From: Rhynchobatus australiae
Taxonomy: Eukaryota
Length of the DNA: 63,531 nucleotides
NCBI GenBank assembly: GCA_034780895.1
Contig: JAUZTB010000073.1
Coordinates: forward strand, 18,296,314-18,359,844
Reading direction: 5' to 3'
This document shows positions 12,810 through 24,610 of this stretch, in pieces. Under the pieces are notes generated by a model. The model ran no database searches. It was not told the DNA's origin and saw only the letters and a program-made list of their open reading frames with translations. How positions within the stretch are numbered: the stretch's first letter is position 1; the number at the start of each line of letters is the position of its first letter. Both the position numbers and the translations under genes were made by a program.

Positions 12810-13230
12810 AGCCCTGTGCAGTACTGAAAGAGATGCCACCTTTCATCTGAAGCATTGAACCTTCTCAGGCATGTATAAAAGGCTCTATGCCTCTATTTGG
12901 AAGAGATATTGGGAGATCTTCCCAGTGCCCTAGCCAATATATATCCCTCGGAAAACATCACTTATACAATTCTGATATGGGGTTGCGACCCGAAACATCA
13001 GTAGTTCCTATCCTCCCACAGGTGCTGCTGGACCTCCTGAGTTCCTTCAGCAGATTGTTTGTTGCTCACTAATACAATTATTATGTTACTGCTTACTGGA
13101 CTTTGCTGTGCATAGAATTGAGGTAGTTTTCCCTATGTTACAACAATGGCGATACTTCAATGGTACTTAATTGGTTGTACAGACTTCAGAGTGCCCTAAG
13201 GGTTGGGAACGTGTTTTAAAATTTGTGTTC
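12810..13230 (+). mobile_element. Deu-domain SINE with a nested Penelope-derived insertion
   Basis: SINE body GTACTGAAAGAGATGCCACCTTTCATCTGAAGCATTGAACC...CCAATATATATCCCTC resumes after the insert. Confidence 0.65.
12972..13066 (+). mobile_element. Penelope pseudo-LTR fragment beginning with a hammerhead-like core; 13-bp TSD
   Basis: CTGATATGGGGTTGCGACCCGAAACATC at 12972-12999. Flanked by CACTTATACAATT (12959-12971) and CACTAATACAATT (13067-13079). Confidence 0.75.
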
Positions 13231-14599
13231 TTTATGTTATCTAATGGGTTAATATGTGATCCAAATCCAATATCCCTTATTGATCTGCATTCTTTTGTTA
13301 CATTGTATGATATTGAAATAAAAATCTAAGGTCAAATCAGGTTGATCAGTGGAAGCTATGATGCAATCATATTTCCTTTTAATTCATAACATATGATTAT
13401 ATTATATGATTAACATATTCATACATGCTCTTGAAACCCTTGATCAGATTTGTCATGAGTAACTATTCTACAATTTATTATATCATTTATTTTAAAATTT
13501 GTGGTGCACAACTATTTCATGTTTGCTCGCAAGGGGAGCTGGAGTTTCAAATCCCAGAGGTTTCTGCATTGATGGAGCTGCTGCTAATGGCACAGCTCAT
13601 TCNNNNNNNNNNNNNNNNNNNNNNNNNNNNNNNNNNNNNNNNNNNNNNNNNNNNNNNNNNNNNNNNNNNNNNNNNNNNNNNNNNNNNNNNNNNNNNNNNN
13701 NNGTTTATTGCTCAGATGGCTTGTGACTGAAGACAATGTTTAATGGGTAGCTGGCACCAGAGTTTTTACTGAAACAGGCTGAGACATTAGAAAAGAAAAA
13801 TAAAGAAATAAATTCTTTAATGCTTGGCTGTAGCTTGAGGAAAAATGATGTGAATGCTTTAGTCATCTCTGAGTCACTTGCAACATGAATCCCTTGTAAC
13901 CAAACCTCTGTGCCCTGTGAGGTTTGTGGGGAAGGAAATAGGAGTTCAGGGCTGGTGCTCAAACCAACAAGCTCAGTTTATCAAACTCAACATTTTTGGA
14001 GCTTTTGTATTTCTGCTGGTTTGTTTCCAAATTGAGTTAACAAGCCTATAATTAGCCAATTAAAGCACTGTAGAATTTGTTCGAGTTCCAATAATGGGCG
14101 TTTGAACTGGATTTTGCTTTCTCTTTAGGCCATGCAGTGTGTTCCTGATTGAGCAGCAGACAGTACTCTGTCAGTGTTTGCTGGACAATGGATTTGAGTC
14201 GACACCTTGATGTCTAAATATCTGTGTTTGTGATTACAAAGCTAAAGTAGCTTATTCAATGACTACCCTCTAATTCCTGATCTGTGCTGTTTTAGCTGAT
14301 ATCATCAGCTCGAAGACGCACAATGGCCTCTGTTCCTGGATGATGGAGGAGCAAAATGAACCAAGACTCCAAAGTTCTTGATCACTGTTAAGTGATCATA
14401 TGAGGATGAATTTGAGCCAATTACAGATGCTACCCACCCTGTTACAGAAAGTGGACTAAATGATGCCCCATAAACCCATAATCTTCAAGGTTTTGGACTG
14501 AGCACTGAAAAACACATTATTCTCAATAGTCTTTTACAGCCAGTGCAGACATTGCCATGAATCTTTAACATTTCAAGACTCAAAATTCTATGGCTCAAA

Positions 14600-15150
14600 A
14601 CATAAAGTATAGGCAAAGGACTAGAGGACACCTGGTGCTCGTGGTATTGACTTCTGCACAAGGCTCCAAACTCAGGAGAAGATTTTGAATCATACGACAC
14701 AGGAGGCAACTTAGCTCACTCTACCTGTGCAGATTCTTTGGAAGAGGTATTCAATGAGCCTCACCTTATTCTCCTTTCCCAGGGTCCTCTTTTAAGATTT
14801 GAAACTTATTATTGATTCAGCTTCCCGATCATAACAACTCATTGCCTAAAAGAAACTTTCCTCATGCCATCCTTCATTCCTTTGCTGGTTATTTCAACCC
14901 TATGTCAGTGGGTACTGACTTTTCTATCACTGGAAACGATTTCTTATTTTGCCATGTCTTTGGAGACCTCTATTAAATCTCCTCTTAACATTAACTATTC
15001 TTAGAACAATTCCTCTGGCTCCAGCCTCTCTGTGTAACTTAAATCTATCACCCCAGAACCCTCCCCCCAGCTAAAAATAACTTCCCTTATCCCCCTGACA
15101 TCCCCTCCGGAAGTGTCATGTCCACAATTGAACACAATGGGGCCTTCTAG
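14600..15150 (-). mobile_element. Old CR1 LINE fragment
   Basis: Similar to the other CR1 3' copies (e.g. GACCTCTATTAAATCTCCTCTTAAC). Confidence 0.5.
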
Positions 15151-15749
15151 AGATATTTAAAGATCTGGTGCAATAAATCAACTGAAGAAGAGAAAAAAAA
15201 AGTCTTCAAATCTTAGCTTTGGATAGACAAAACGAGCATGGGTATTGGAAGCTTTCATTGGCTAAAGCGAGATTGACTCATTCTCCACAGAATTAGCCAC
15301 TGCTGACCCTTCACCGATGTCGAGAAAAAGTCACCATTGATGAGTGAGCCTCTAATCTTGTGGTTTTGGAGGAGAACACATAGCAGATTGTTCTAAGCTG
15401 AAAGCTAACACAGGAGAATTTGGACTAATACTAGGAAATACAATTTAAGCAAAACATATAGTAAAATGCTAAAAGATAATTGTACTTCAAATTGAGTACC
15501 TAGTACCAAAATAAGCTGATCATAGAAATCATTTTTCAGTTAGTAAAAATCTATTTTTCAATATCTTGGGGCTGATGACCTAATGATTAATCATATCTTG
15601 CATGTGACCAATGATTTTGCTTTTCCCTTTCTGTTACTGCTCAACTCTTTCTGTGCCAACATTTTTTCCATCTTTCACCATGCCATGTGCTTTAAAGTCT
15701 TCTGAATCCAACCCAGACCTGTGCCATCTCATCCCCCTAGCTTCTAGTT

Positions 15750-16000
15750 GCTAATCAGAAGGTGCAGATTTAAGTTTATTGGTACAAGAACGAGAGAGAA
15801 TAAGACTTTTATTTACTCAGTGAATTATTGAAAGGGTAGTAGAAGCAGAATCAATGCAACTTTCTAAAGAGCATTGGATAAAGGCAAAACTTGCAGACTT
15901 GTAAGGAGAGAGTAAGGGCAGTAGCAGCTATTGGATAGTTCTTTCAAAGCGCTGGCATATATAGGATGGTCCAAATGGCCTCCATCTGTGCTATCTTCAA
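15750..16000 (+). mobile_element. Old CR1 LINE 3' end
   Basis: TTTACTCAGTGA...GGTAGTAGAAGCAGAATCAAT followed by the ...CCAAATGGCCTCCATCTGTGCT tail. Confidence 0.55.
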
Positions 16001-16509
16001 TCATTCTTTGATTCTTCTTTTCCACCTTTTCTACCCCGATGAGCTGTTCTCTCATCTCACCTCATTCATCCCTTTTTTTTAAACCTTTTTTACAATTAGA
16101 TTGTAAGCATCTAATGATCCAGTAAGTATTAGTGACATTGATCATGCTCTCAGCAGATTTAGACAGATGGTTGACTCTGAGCATTGGAAGTACAGGCAAT
16201 TTCCATTTGCTTGGACAGGGAGTGTAACAGGCCGCTTATGCTATATCACTGGACAATTGTTACAGTGACACAGGTCTCTTTGAAATGGTGTATCCATTAT
16301 GGTCTCTGTGACTTCAGAGATGAAATATATTTAGGATCAGCATGCATACCATCACCCATCCTATTTTTGATATATCCTCATGTCGTCCACACATCTCCCA
16401 ATATGTCTTCTAGCTTTCCTCTGGAATGGCAGCCGGTTGCCTCTGGAGCACTTATGCTGTGCATTTATACCCTCCTTGGTACAACAGTTCCTATTTATAT
16501 ATAAAAAAA

Positions 16510-17420
16510 ATTGGAATTTGGGCTTTATTGGCAAGGCCGACATTTATTGCCCATCCCTAATGGCCCTTGACAAAATGGTTCTGAGCCACCTTCTTTAACT
16601 GTTGCAGTTCTTAAAGTGAAGGTGCTCCCACAGTGGTGTTGGATAGGGAATTCCAGGATTTACACCCAACAATGAAGAAGGACGGATGATATATTTCCAA
16701 GTCAGGGTGGTGCCTGACTTGGAAAGGAACCTGCACGTGGCGATGTTTTCGTGCATCTTTACCTTTGTCCTTGATGGTGGAGGTTGCATGTTTGGGGGTG
16801 CTGTTGGAATATCCTGAGCAGGGAACAGCAGTGCATTCTGTAGACAATGTACACTGCATCCATTTGTGTCCATAGTGAAGGCAATGAATGTTAAGGGTAA
16901 TTGATGAAATGCCAATCAAGCAGGCTGATTTATCCAGAATGGTGTTGAACTTACTAGATCTGTTAGAGCTACACTCATCCCCATTATTTAACCGAATGTT
17001 GTTCAGCTGCATGCACGCATGAGCTGCTTCATTTGCTGAGGAATTGCGAATGGAATGTGAAATCATCAACGAACACCCCACTTCTGACCTCATGATTGAC
17101 AGAAGATCATTGATGAAGCAGTTGAAAATGGCCAGACCCAGGGCACTCCTTAGTATTGTCCTGAGGCTAGAATGATAGATTTCTAACAACTACAACCATC
17201 TTCCTTTATACAAGGTATGACTCCAACTGTTCAAGTGTTTTAATGCCCTTTGACTTCAGTTTACCAGGGCACCTTGATGCCACACTCAGTCAAATGCTGC
17301 CTTGGTGTCAAGGGCAGTCACTCTCACCTCACCACTAGATTTCAGCCCTTTAGTCTGAACCTTTAGTCAAGAGCCAAGTGGTCCCAGCAAAACACAAACT
17401 AGGCATCAGTGAGTAGGTTA
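16510..17420 (-). mobile_element. CR1-group LINE RT and C-terminal fragment (internally deleted)
   Basis: ORF 16611..17189 has SALGLAIFNCFINDL (RT motif QGSVLGPxLFxxFINDL) and HHPDLEIYHPSFFIVGCKSWNSL. Confidence 0.8.
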
Positions 17421-17449
17421 TAACCATAAAGAGACATAGAAAAGACTTC

Positions 17450-17930
17450 AGAGGTTACATTTTGCAAATTCAAAGTACTTTTTGAATTATATTTATTGTT
17501 GTAAAAGAGGGAATGCAGCAAGCAATACACAGCAAGCTCCCAGAAACAGCAAAGGGATAATTGTCAAAAACAATTTTTTATAATGTTGGTTGAAGGATAC
17601 ATCTTAGCTAGGACATGAGGAGGAACTCCATTCACTTTAGAACATGTAAAATAGAATCAGGAGTAGGCCCCGCAAGTCTTACCAAAATTCAATATGACCT
17701 TGGTTGATCCTCTGCTCTGTTGGCATTCCCACTCAATCCCCATGTCCTTTGATTCCCATAGTGTACAAAAGTCTATTGTTCTCAGCTCAAAGATGTAGCA
17801 TCCGTGGCCCTCTGGAGTATAGAATTGCAACAATGCACTCCCCTCAGGTAAAGGAAATTTCTTACCTCAGTCACAATGGTCACTCTCTTTTTCTGAGACC
17901 GTGCCCTCAGAATTATGCCTTGGATTCTAT
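17450..17930 (-). mobile_element. Deu-SINE fragment followed by a CR1 3' fragment
   Basis: CACAGCAAGCTCCCAGAAACAGCAA (SINE) then AGAACATGTAAAATAGAATCAGGAGTAGGCC (CR1 tail). Confidence 0.55.
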
Positions 17931-18769
17931 TACCTGAGAAGACAGTTTAATTTGTTGTGCTCTGCAAATAGGTGAGCTGGGTGCAGAATAACACTCCAAT
18001 AGCTGCAAGTTACCAGACATTGAACAAAAGGGAGAATATTGGAATTTGGAGAAGACAGTAACTAGAGAAGCAGTTAAATGCCAGTGGTCTTGAAATTAAG
18101 CAATCACTGCGAGGGAGGGAAAAGTTGCATGTAATATAAGAACGCCCACACTTTTCAGCGGTTGGGAATGAATCGGCAAGAGTGTATGCACTGATTGCAG
18201 GGAGGAGGGAGGAGGGATGAAGAGTTAATGGGNNNNNNNNNNNNNNNNNNNNNNNNNNNNNNNNNNNNNNNNNNNNNNNNNNNNNNNNNNNNNNNNNNNN
18301 NNNNNNNNNNNNNNNNNNNNNNNNNNNNNNNNGATGAAGAGTTAATGGGCGGTGAACGTGAACTAAAGAGAAATACTGTAACGAAAGCAAACCCTCCTGT
18401 GGTATCAGCAAGAAATGGGAAGTGGGAAAATTGGAAAGAAAGCAGCCAAATGTTCCAGAAAGATGAGCTGGCTAATGCTTTCCCATTTACTTTGATCTCT
18501 ACCTTCCAAGACTGAAAATCGAGGAAAATTGCCCCCAAAAATGAAACCCTGCACCGTAGACATTTTTGCACTAGCTTTCAGTGACCATGAACATAGCCAT
18601 TAACCCTGAAGGTGCCTGTATTCTGTCTGCTCTTGGTAACAGCCAGTTTGTGCCAACATAGATATTCCTTTGTCTTTTAGCTGATGTAAAGAATAGGCTT
18701 GGGCGATGGGGGGTTGACCCACACATTGGATAAACTCTGCTTTTCTTTCTCTCTTTCAGTTTTTCTCTT

Positions 18770-19000
18770 CCCCTGTCGTGCCTGCAGCTGCTGAGACCCT
18801 AAGCTCTGGAATTCCCTTCTTAAACCTCTCAGTTTCCATACCACTCTAAGATGCTTCTTAAACCCTACACTTTTGATTATCTTCCCTAAGATATCCCTAT
18901 GTAATTCAGTGTCAAATTTTGTCTGATAATGTTGCTGTGATGTGCCATGATGATTTCCCATAGAAATGTGAGTTGTTACTGGAAGCATTTACACATACAC
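18770..19000 (+). mobile_element. L2-clade LINE 3' end
   Basis: CCTAAGCTCTGGAATTCCCT...GTGTCAAATTTTGTCTGATAATG; homologous to 61500-61750. Confidence 0.55.
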
Positions 19001-19709
19001 ATTTGTTGGTATGCAGTATCTCACCCCAGTTCCAAGAGAGCTGGACAGGCAAACTGTGGAAGAGGACAAGGGATAACCTATATTTCCAGGCCATTCAATA
19101 GTGATCACAAGCAGGAGTTCAGGCTTTTATTTTTTGCTCTTTAACTCAGTGATGCTGAAATCAATGTCCAAATTTCCAAATTCCCGACAATCTTAGGAAT
19201 CAAATTTCAGCCACTCTTGCTCTTTGTGGATTAGCATCTATTCATTGACCTTGCCTGAAAGTGATAGATGTTACTTTATGGGAATGGCCATTTTGGTGCC
19301 TGTTAGAAAATCCTTTGAAACCTGTGCAGTTANNNNNNNNNNTTTGAAAAGTTATAAGAAGTTGAATGGAAATCAGCTCCTTTGTTTTACCATTCCAGTT
19401 AATGCTTCTACTTTACCCAATTCAAAGTAATCAACATGGAAGTTAAAGATGATTATTTGCAGCTCTTCTGGGATTTTGGAAAATTGTACAGGTCATGGTG
19501 GGACAAATGAAACCCAGAACAACTTCTCCATTTGTCTATTCTGAAGCTTCTAACTCTGGTGGGTTTCAGAGTTGATAATTTATCACTAGGAAATTTAAGT
19601 TCCTGCAAGTTACTCACTGGCATTTTGCATGTTACTGGTCTCAGAATGAAGCAAGCCAGATTATCAAATAAGAAAAATTGCATTTTCATAACTTTAGGAT
19701 GTGCCAAAG

Positions 19710-20010
19710 TGTTTAACAGCCGATGAAGAATTTTTGAAATGTGGTCAATGTTGCACTGTTGGAAATGTTGCTGCTTGTTTATATAGCAAGATCCCACAGG
19801 TCATCTGCAGCTTCATGGGTAAGTGCAAGCTAGAAAACTTGCAGCTTGTGCTGTGGGATCTTTTACACCATCTGTCCAATATGAAAAGTCCAGGCTTAAC
19901 ACTTCACCTGAAAGATGAACTGGGCTTCCCTCCAAAATCTCTTCATTACTGTGATGAAGTGTCANNNNNNNNNNNATGCTGACCTGCAGAGCTTTCTGAC
20001 TTAGGCTGGA
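19710..20010 (-). mobile_element. Deu-domain SINE fragment
   Basis: Contains AGCAAGATCCCACAG and GGGATCTTTTACA family motifs. Confidence 0.55.
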
Positions 20011-21567
20011 GTGTTGATGGTGTGAAGAATCTCAATACAACCTGACCTTTCAATTTGGCAACAGATACTGTAGGTCCATATTATTACTCCATCTAGGGTA
20101 AAGAGAGGAACAGCAAAGAGGTACTTGGAGTCATCATTAATTACAGCACTTTAATTTTCTTCTCCTCTATCCCAGAATCACTGTTTGTTCGACAGATACT
20201 ATGAACCTCCAGGAGCCTCCCCATTCTTACACGTGGGTTTGTAGCAGTAACATGAGTTAGCTCATTGACCATGAAATGGATGAGATATAAGCTCTGTTCT
20301 CTCTTCTACCAGGTGGAAATAGGAATGATAGTCATTTAAAATATGTGAATTTCCAAAATGTTTTCTGTTTAATTTAAGGTGAAAAGTTTCAATTTTAAGA
20401 AGAAATAAAACAAATGTGGATTGCATTTATATAGGGCCTTTATCATGGTAAAACATACTAAGACACTTCATGGGAGTGTATTTCAGCAAGAGTTTGACCG
20501 CCGTGCCATATAAGGAAATATTACAATGGCTTGGCTCAAGAACCTTAAGGAGAAAAATGGAGAGTTTTAGGACAAGACTAATTGGACAGCTTTTTCAAGG
20601 AACCGGTTCAGGTTGGATGAATTATATGGCCTCCACTTATGCTGTGACTACAGTAGGCACAGGTTGCCACTAAGAAGTCTGTAAAGAATGGTGGAATCAA
20701 ATTCCATTGGAATGTTCAGACTGTCTTTGAAGGGACTTTGGGTAGTTAATTTGCCAAATTCTGGGAAATTGTTGCACTAAATTGGGCAACAAAGAGCTGA
20801 CCCAGTTTTACAATTGAGAAATGTGCATGAATCAACTGTAACCTTTCATTCGGCATTCGTTCCACCCACAAGGCACAAGAGAATGAAGTCGCTTTGGACC
20901 GATATCCACAGGCCTCATTGGCCACTGTGTGTCACTAATGAGGGGAGCAGGTAGATTCTTGTCCAAGTTGCCATGATGCAGCTGAGGGGCCTGAGATGAG
21001 CTACTAGATCTCAAGCAAGGGCATATAACAGCTGTTTCTGTAAAATTTGTAAAATTTCTGGATGACTGTCTTTCTGGTTGTCTTTTGAGCACAGCATACC
21101 AGCCCAGGAATAGGCACAGTGAGGTCAAGTTTCCTTATGTTACTAAACTCTTTACATGGGTACTTGAGATAGAGGAGCATCATTTGAAATCTTCATCTCT
21201 GATGTTTTCTCCCTTCACCCCATAACTCTATCTGTTACCCTCATCTCCAGAAACATCAAGCCGTAAACCAATGCANNNNNNNNNNNNNNNNNNNNNNNNC
21301 TTTTCAGTGCAATAAACCAGACCAAATGGGTTCCAAGTGGGCACTGATCCAGCTTTTGGGTTCTGCAACTGCTTTTAATCATCACTTGCTTCATTAGTGC
21401 AATTTGTGGTATTGTTAAAACTCTTTGATTGAGCCCCATTGTGGTAAATGGAGCCAGAAAGAATTCCTGAGGCCCTGAACATGAAAGATATTTGATGACA
21501 ACTTTACACCTCACCCGAACTCTCTTCCGATCCATTAATGAACAACCATCAGTAAAACTCATTGTGT

Positions 21568-22120
21568 CAACTGTGGCTCAGTAGGCGGTAGTCTCTCTTC
21601 AAGGTCAGAAGGTTATGGGTTCAAGTCACATTACAGAAACTCCAGCACATAACCCAAAGTTGACACTCCTAATGCATTAACCTATATAAATACAAATTTT
21701 TTAAATACCTGAAGAAATAGCCACATAGAATGTCTAAATTAACAATGAAGCAAGTTGTATCACAATATATAATTAACTGAAACTATTTTGTACAAAGCTC
21801 CTATCATAATTCCCACCCTTTCATAATAAAAGAATAGTTTATGTTTATGTCACACTTTTGACAATGTCAGGACATCCCAAAGCAATTTACAGTCAATGAA
21901 GTACTTCCATGTACAGTCACTGTACAAGTTGCAGTAGCCAGCTCCCACAGATGGCAAAATGATAATGGCAGGATAATTTATTGTTCAGAAAAATCAATAT
22001 TGGAAGATACTGGGATCTTATTGGGAAACCAGGAAGAATCCATCACCCCCTCTGTCCTGTCTTCAAAATAGTCCCCTAGGATTTTTACACATACCTAAAA
22101 GGGCAGAGAAAGGCCCAGAT
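21568..22120. mobile_element. SINE tRNA-like head (+, 21568-21700) and Deu-SINE body (-, 21830-22120)
   Basis: A-box TGGCTCAGTAGG and B-box GGTTCAAGTCAC; body CAGGACATCCCAAAGCAATTTACAGTCAATGAAGTACTT. Confidence 0.6.
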
Positions 22121-22779
22121 GCCAGCAGGTAGAACTATGTCCACATTCCACCTCCATTCACTATAGCAGTGAATATGTAATGTATGTGACTAAAGATGGA
22201 TTTTTACCCCAGGAATCCCAACAATGCAGTATTCCCTCAAAATATCATCCCACATGGAGCTTTTGCACTACCAGGAATCAATAGCNNNNNNNNNNNNNNN
22301 NNNNNNNNNNNNNNNNNNNNNNNNNNNNNNNNNNNNNNNNNNNNNNNNNNNNNNNNNNNNNNNNNNNNNNNNNNNNNNNNNNNNNGTGAAATGAGAACCA
22401 GACTTACCTATCCATCAATGGACCGATAAATTTCTTTTAGCTCTCTCCTTTAGTTGATGATTCCTATTGAACCCTGGTTATATGCATCTTAGCCCACCCC
22501 CAGATGAGACGTGGTTACCAAAGGCAAGGTCTAACATTTATTCCTCCTTCTTTGTTAGCAATAGGAAGGTACGGTTCTTATTCATGAACCATGGTAGCCC
22601 AAATGGTGAAAATCTTCTCACTGTGCTGTCAGGTAGGAAGTGTCAGAACTCTGACTCAGTGAAGGTCAAGACAGGTAAAGAAGGTAAAGACCTGTCCAAG
22701 CCAGGTTGGTAAGTATCTTTGAGGGAGAAGTAAAGTTGTGCTGCTCCTATACTCCTACTGACCTCAAGCATCTTCGTGG

Positions 22780-23040
22780 TAGGGGTACCAAATTTGTAAG
22801 ATTCCAACAATGAATTGCTGCAGTGCATTTGTAGGTGGTGCATGCTGCAGCTGTTGTGCTTTGATGGTGGAGGGAGTGAATATTTAGGGTCATGGATGAG
22901 CTGCCAATCAAATGGGCATTGATGGTGTTGCACATCTAAAGCATTATTGGATCTTCACTCATCCAGAAAATACATTCCTGACTTGTGTGTTGTTGTTGAT
23001 GGAAAGGCTTTGGAAAGTCTTGAGGTGAGTCATTCACTGA
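22780..23040 (-). mobile_element. CR1-group LINE fragment (family of 16510-17420)
   Basis: ORF 22747..22935 LIGSSSMTLNIHSLHHQSTTAAACTTYK parallels LIGISSITLNIHCLH in the 16.6 kb copy. Confidence 0.7.
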
Positions 23041-23279
23041 CTTATTTCTGTCCGGCTAGAAAGAGGACTCACACAGAAAGATGACTTACTGGACAGTGAT
23101 CAGGAGCAGGAATCCCTACTGATCTCATTTCTTTGGATTATTTGCTGTCTCCCTTTTTGTTAAGTCATTTCCCATACATCCTGGATTGGTGGATACAAAA
23201 TGGATTGGAAAACAAAGCCCAGCTCTCAGTGTTGACTTGGGAAGAAGGAAGAGTGAAGGGAAAGCTGAAGGACATGGGA

Positions 23280-24320
23280 TCAGGAGGTCACTCTGTCCCT
23301 AAGACTTGTTCCACCAGTCAGTGAGATCATGTTTGACTTGTGACTGAACTCCATATGTCCCTCCATCCCTTCATATATTTGGTTATCAAAATTTATCAGT
23401 TTCAGATTTGCAGTTAACAAATGGGCTCATATCATTTGCCATTTGCAGAAGGAAGTTCAAAATCACTGCCACCCTCTGTGTGCTGAAGTATTTTCTAACT
23501 ACACTCCTGAAAAGTACAGCTTTAATTTTTCAGTGAATCCCACTAGTCCTAGACTTGCCAACCATTGGAAATAGATTCTTTCCATCCACCCCATCTATTG
23601 CCTTAAAGATATTGAAAATTTGAATAAAATTATGACTTGATTCACTAAATTCCAAGGAAAGCAACAGTTTCTGTAATCTCTGCTTGTTATTTAGTCCATG
23701 GATCCTGGCTAACCTGTTACCCTGGGCAGCACCTCCAAGGACAACATGACCTGAAGATGCAGAGCCCAAGCTTCATAGAACTGCAGCTTAAAGCTGGACT
23801 TCTACCCACTTGTACTCCAATCCTCTAGATAGAATGACTCACATTCCACAAGCCTTACTGATTATTTTCTGCAGATCCTGATGATTCTGTAAGGGACCCT
23901 CAGGTTTCTTTGAACTTCTGTGGCTTCTAAGTTTTCAACATTTAGAAAGTTCTCCATATTCTAAATGGAACTGTAATCTATTTGCTTCAGTTTTGTCCAT
24001 ACACATATGTCATAGGCAGATTACTATCTTCTTGTTGTTTAATTATTGCAATGAGAAGTTGTGGCTCCAAAATAGATCCTTGCAAATCACCAGTAGTCAC
24101 AGCCTACAGCTTTAAGTACCTGCTCATTGTCTCTGCTCTCTTCCTCCTGCCACTTAGACAGCAATTCAATAATTTCCCTGCATTTCTGGGGGCTCTGTTT
24201 AGCTGACAGACTCTAATGAGGAATTTTATCAAATGCTTTCTGGAGATCCATATTAAGAGCTTTCATTGACATACTGCTGATCCTGTACTTTCGTCATCAT
24301 TTTAGAAAATTCTGTTAGGT
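23280..24320 (-). mobile_element. Old CR1 LINE fragment
   Basis: ORF 23530..23769 RLQKLLLSLE...IQIFNIFKAIDGVDGKNLFPMVGKSRTSG resembles CR1 ORF2. Confidence 0.7.
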
Positions 24321-24334
24321 TTATGCACACAAGC

Positions 24335-24610
24335 AAACACTGAGTCACACACACACTCTGCTCACACTCACAATCAGCTCACTCTCAGGCTATCACACTC
24401 AGCTCACACTCACATGGGCTCACTCTCATAAGACACATCACATCAGGGTCATACTCAGCTCATAGATTGGGTTCACTCTCACATACTTGTGTCAGGCTTA
24501 CTTTTACATTGAGCTTACACTTAGGCAATTTCTCTCACTGATCTCACACTCACACCAGACCTAGTCTCACACTCAGTTAGCTTTTCCATCAGGCTAACAT
24601 TCACACTAAT
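24335..24610. repeat. Degenerate CACACTCAG-type low-complexity repeat
   Basis: Repeated CTCACACTCA motifs. Confidence 0.7.

Noticed and set aside
16611-17189. 192-aa ORF as a host gene
   Set aside because: Frameshifted, deleted LINE reverse-transcriptase remnant.
18791-18802. 12-nt match to miR-125b (CTGAGACCCTAA)
   Set aside because: Lies inside an L2 3' fragment, lacks the 5' seed bases and has no hairpin.
21568-21640. tRNA-like A/B boxes
   Set aside because: SINE head with no cloverleaf; continues into SINE body sequence.
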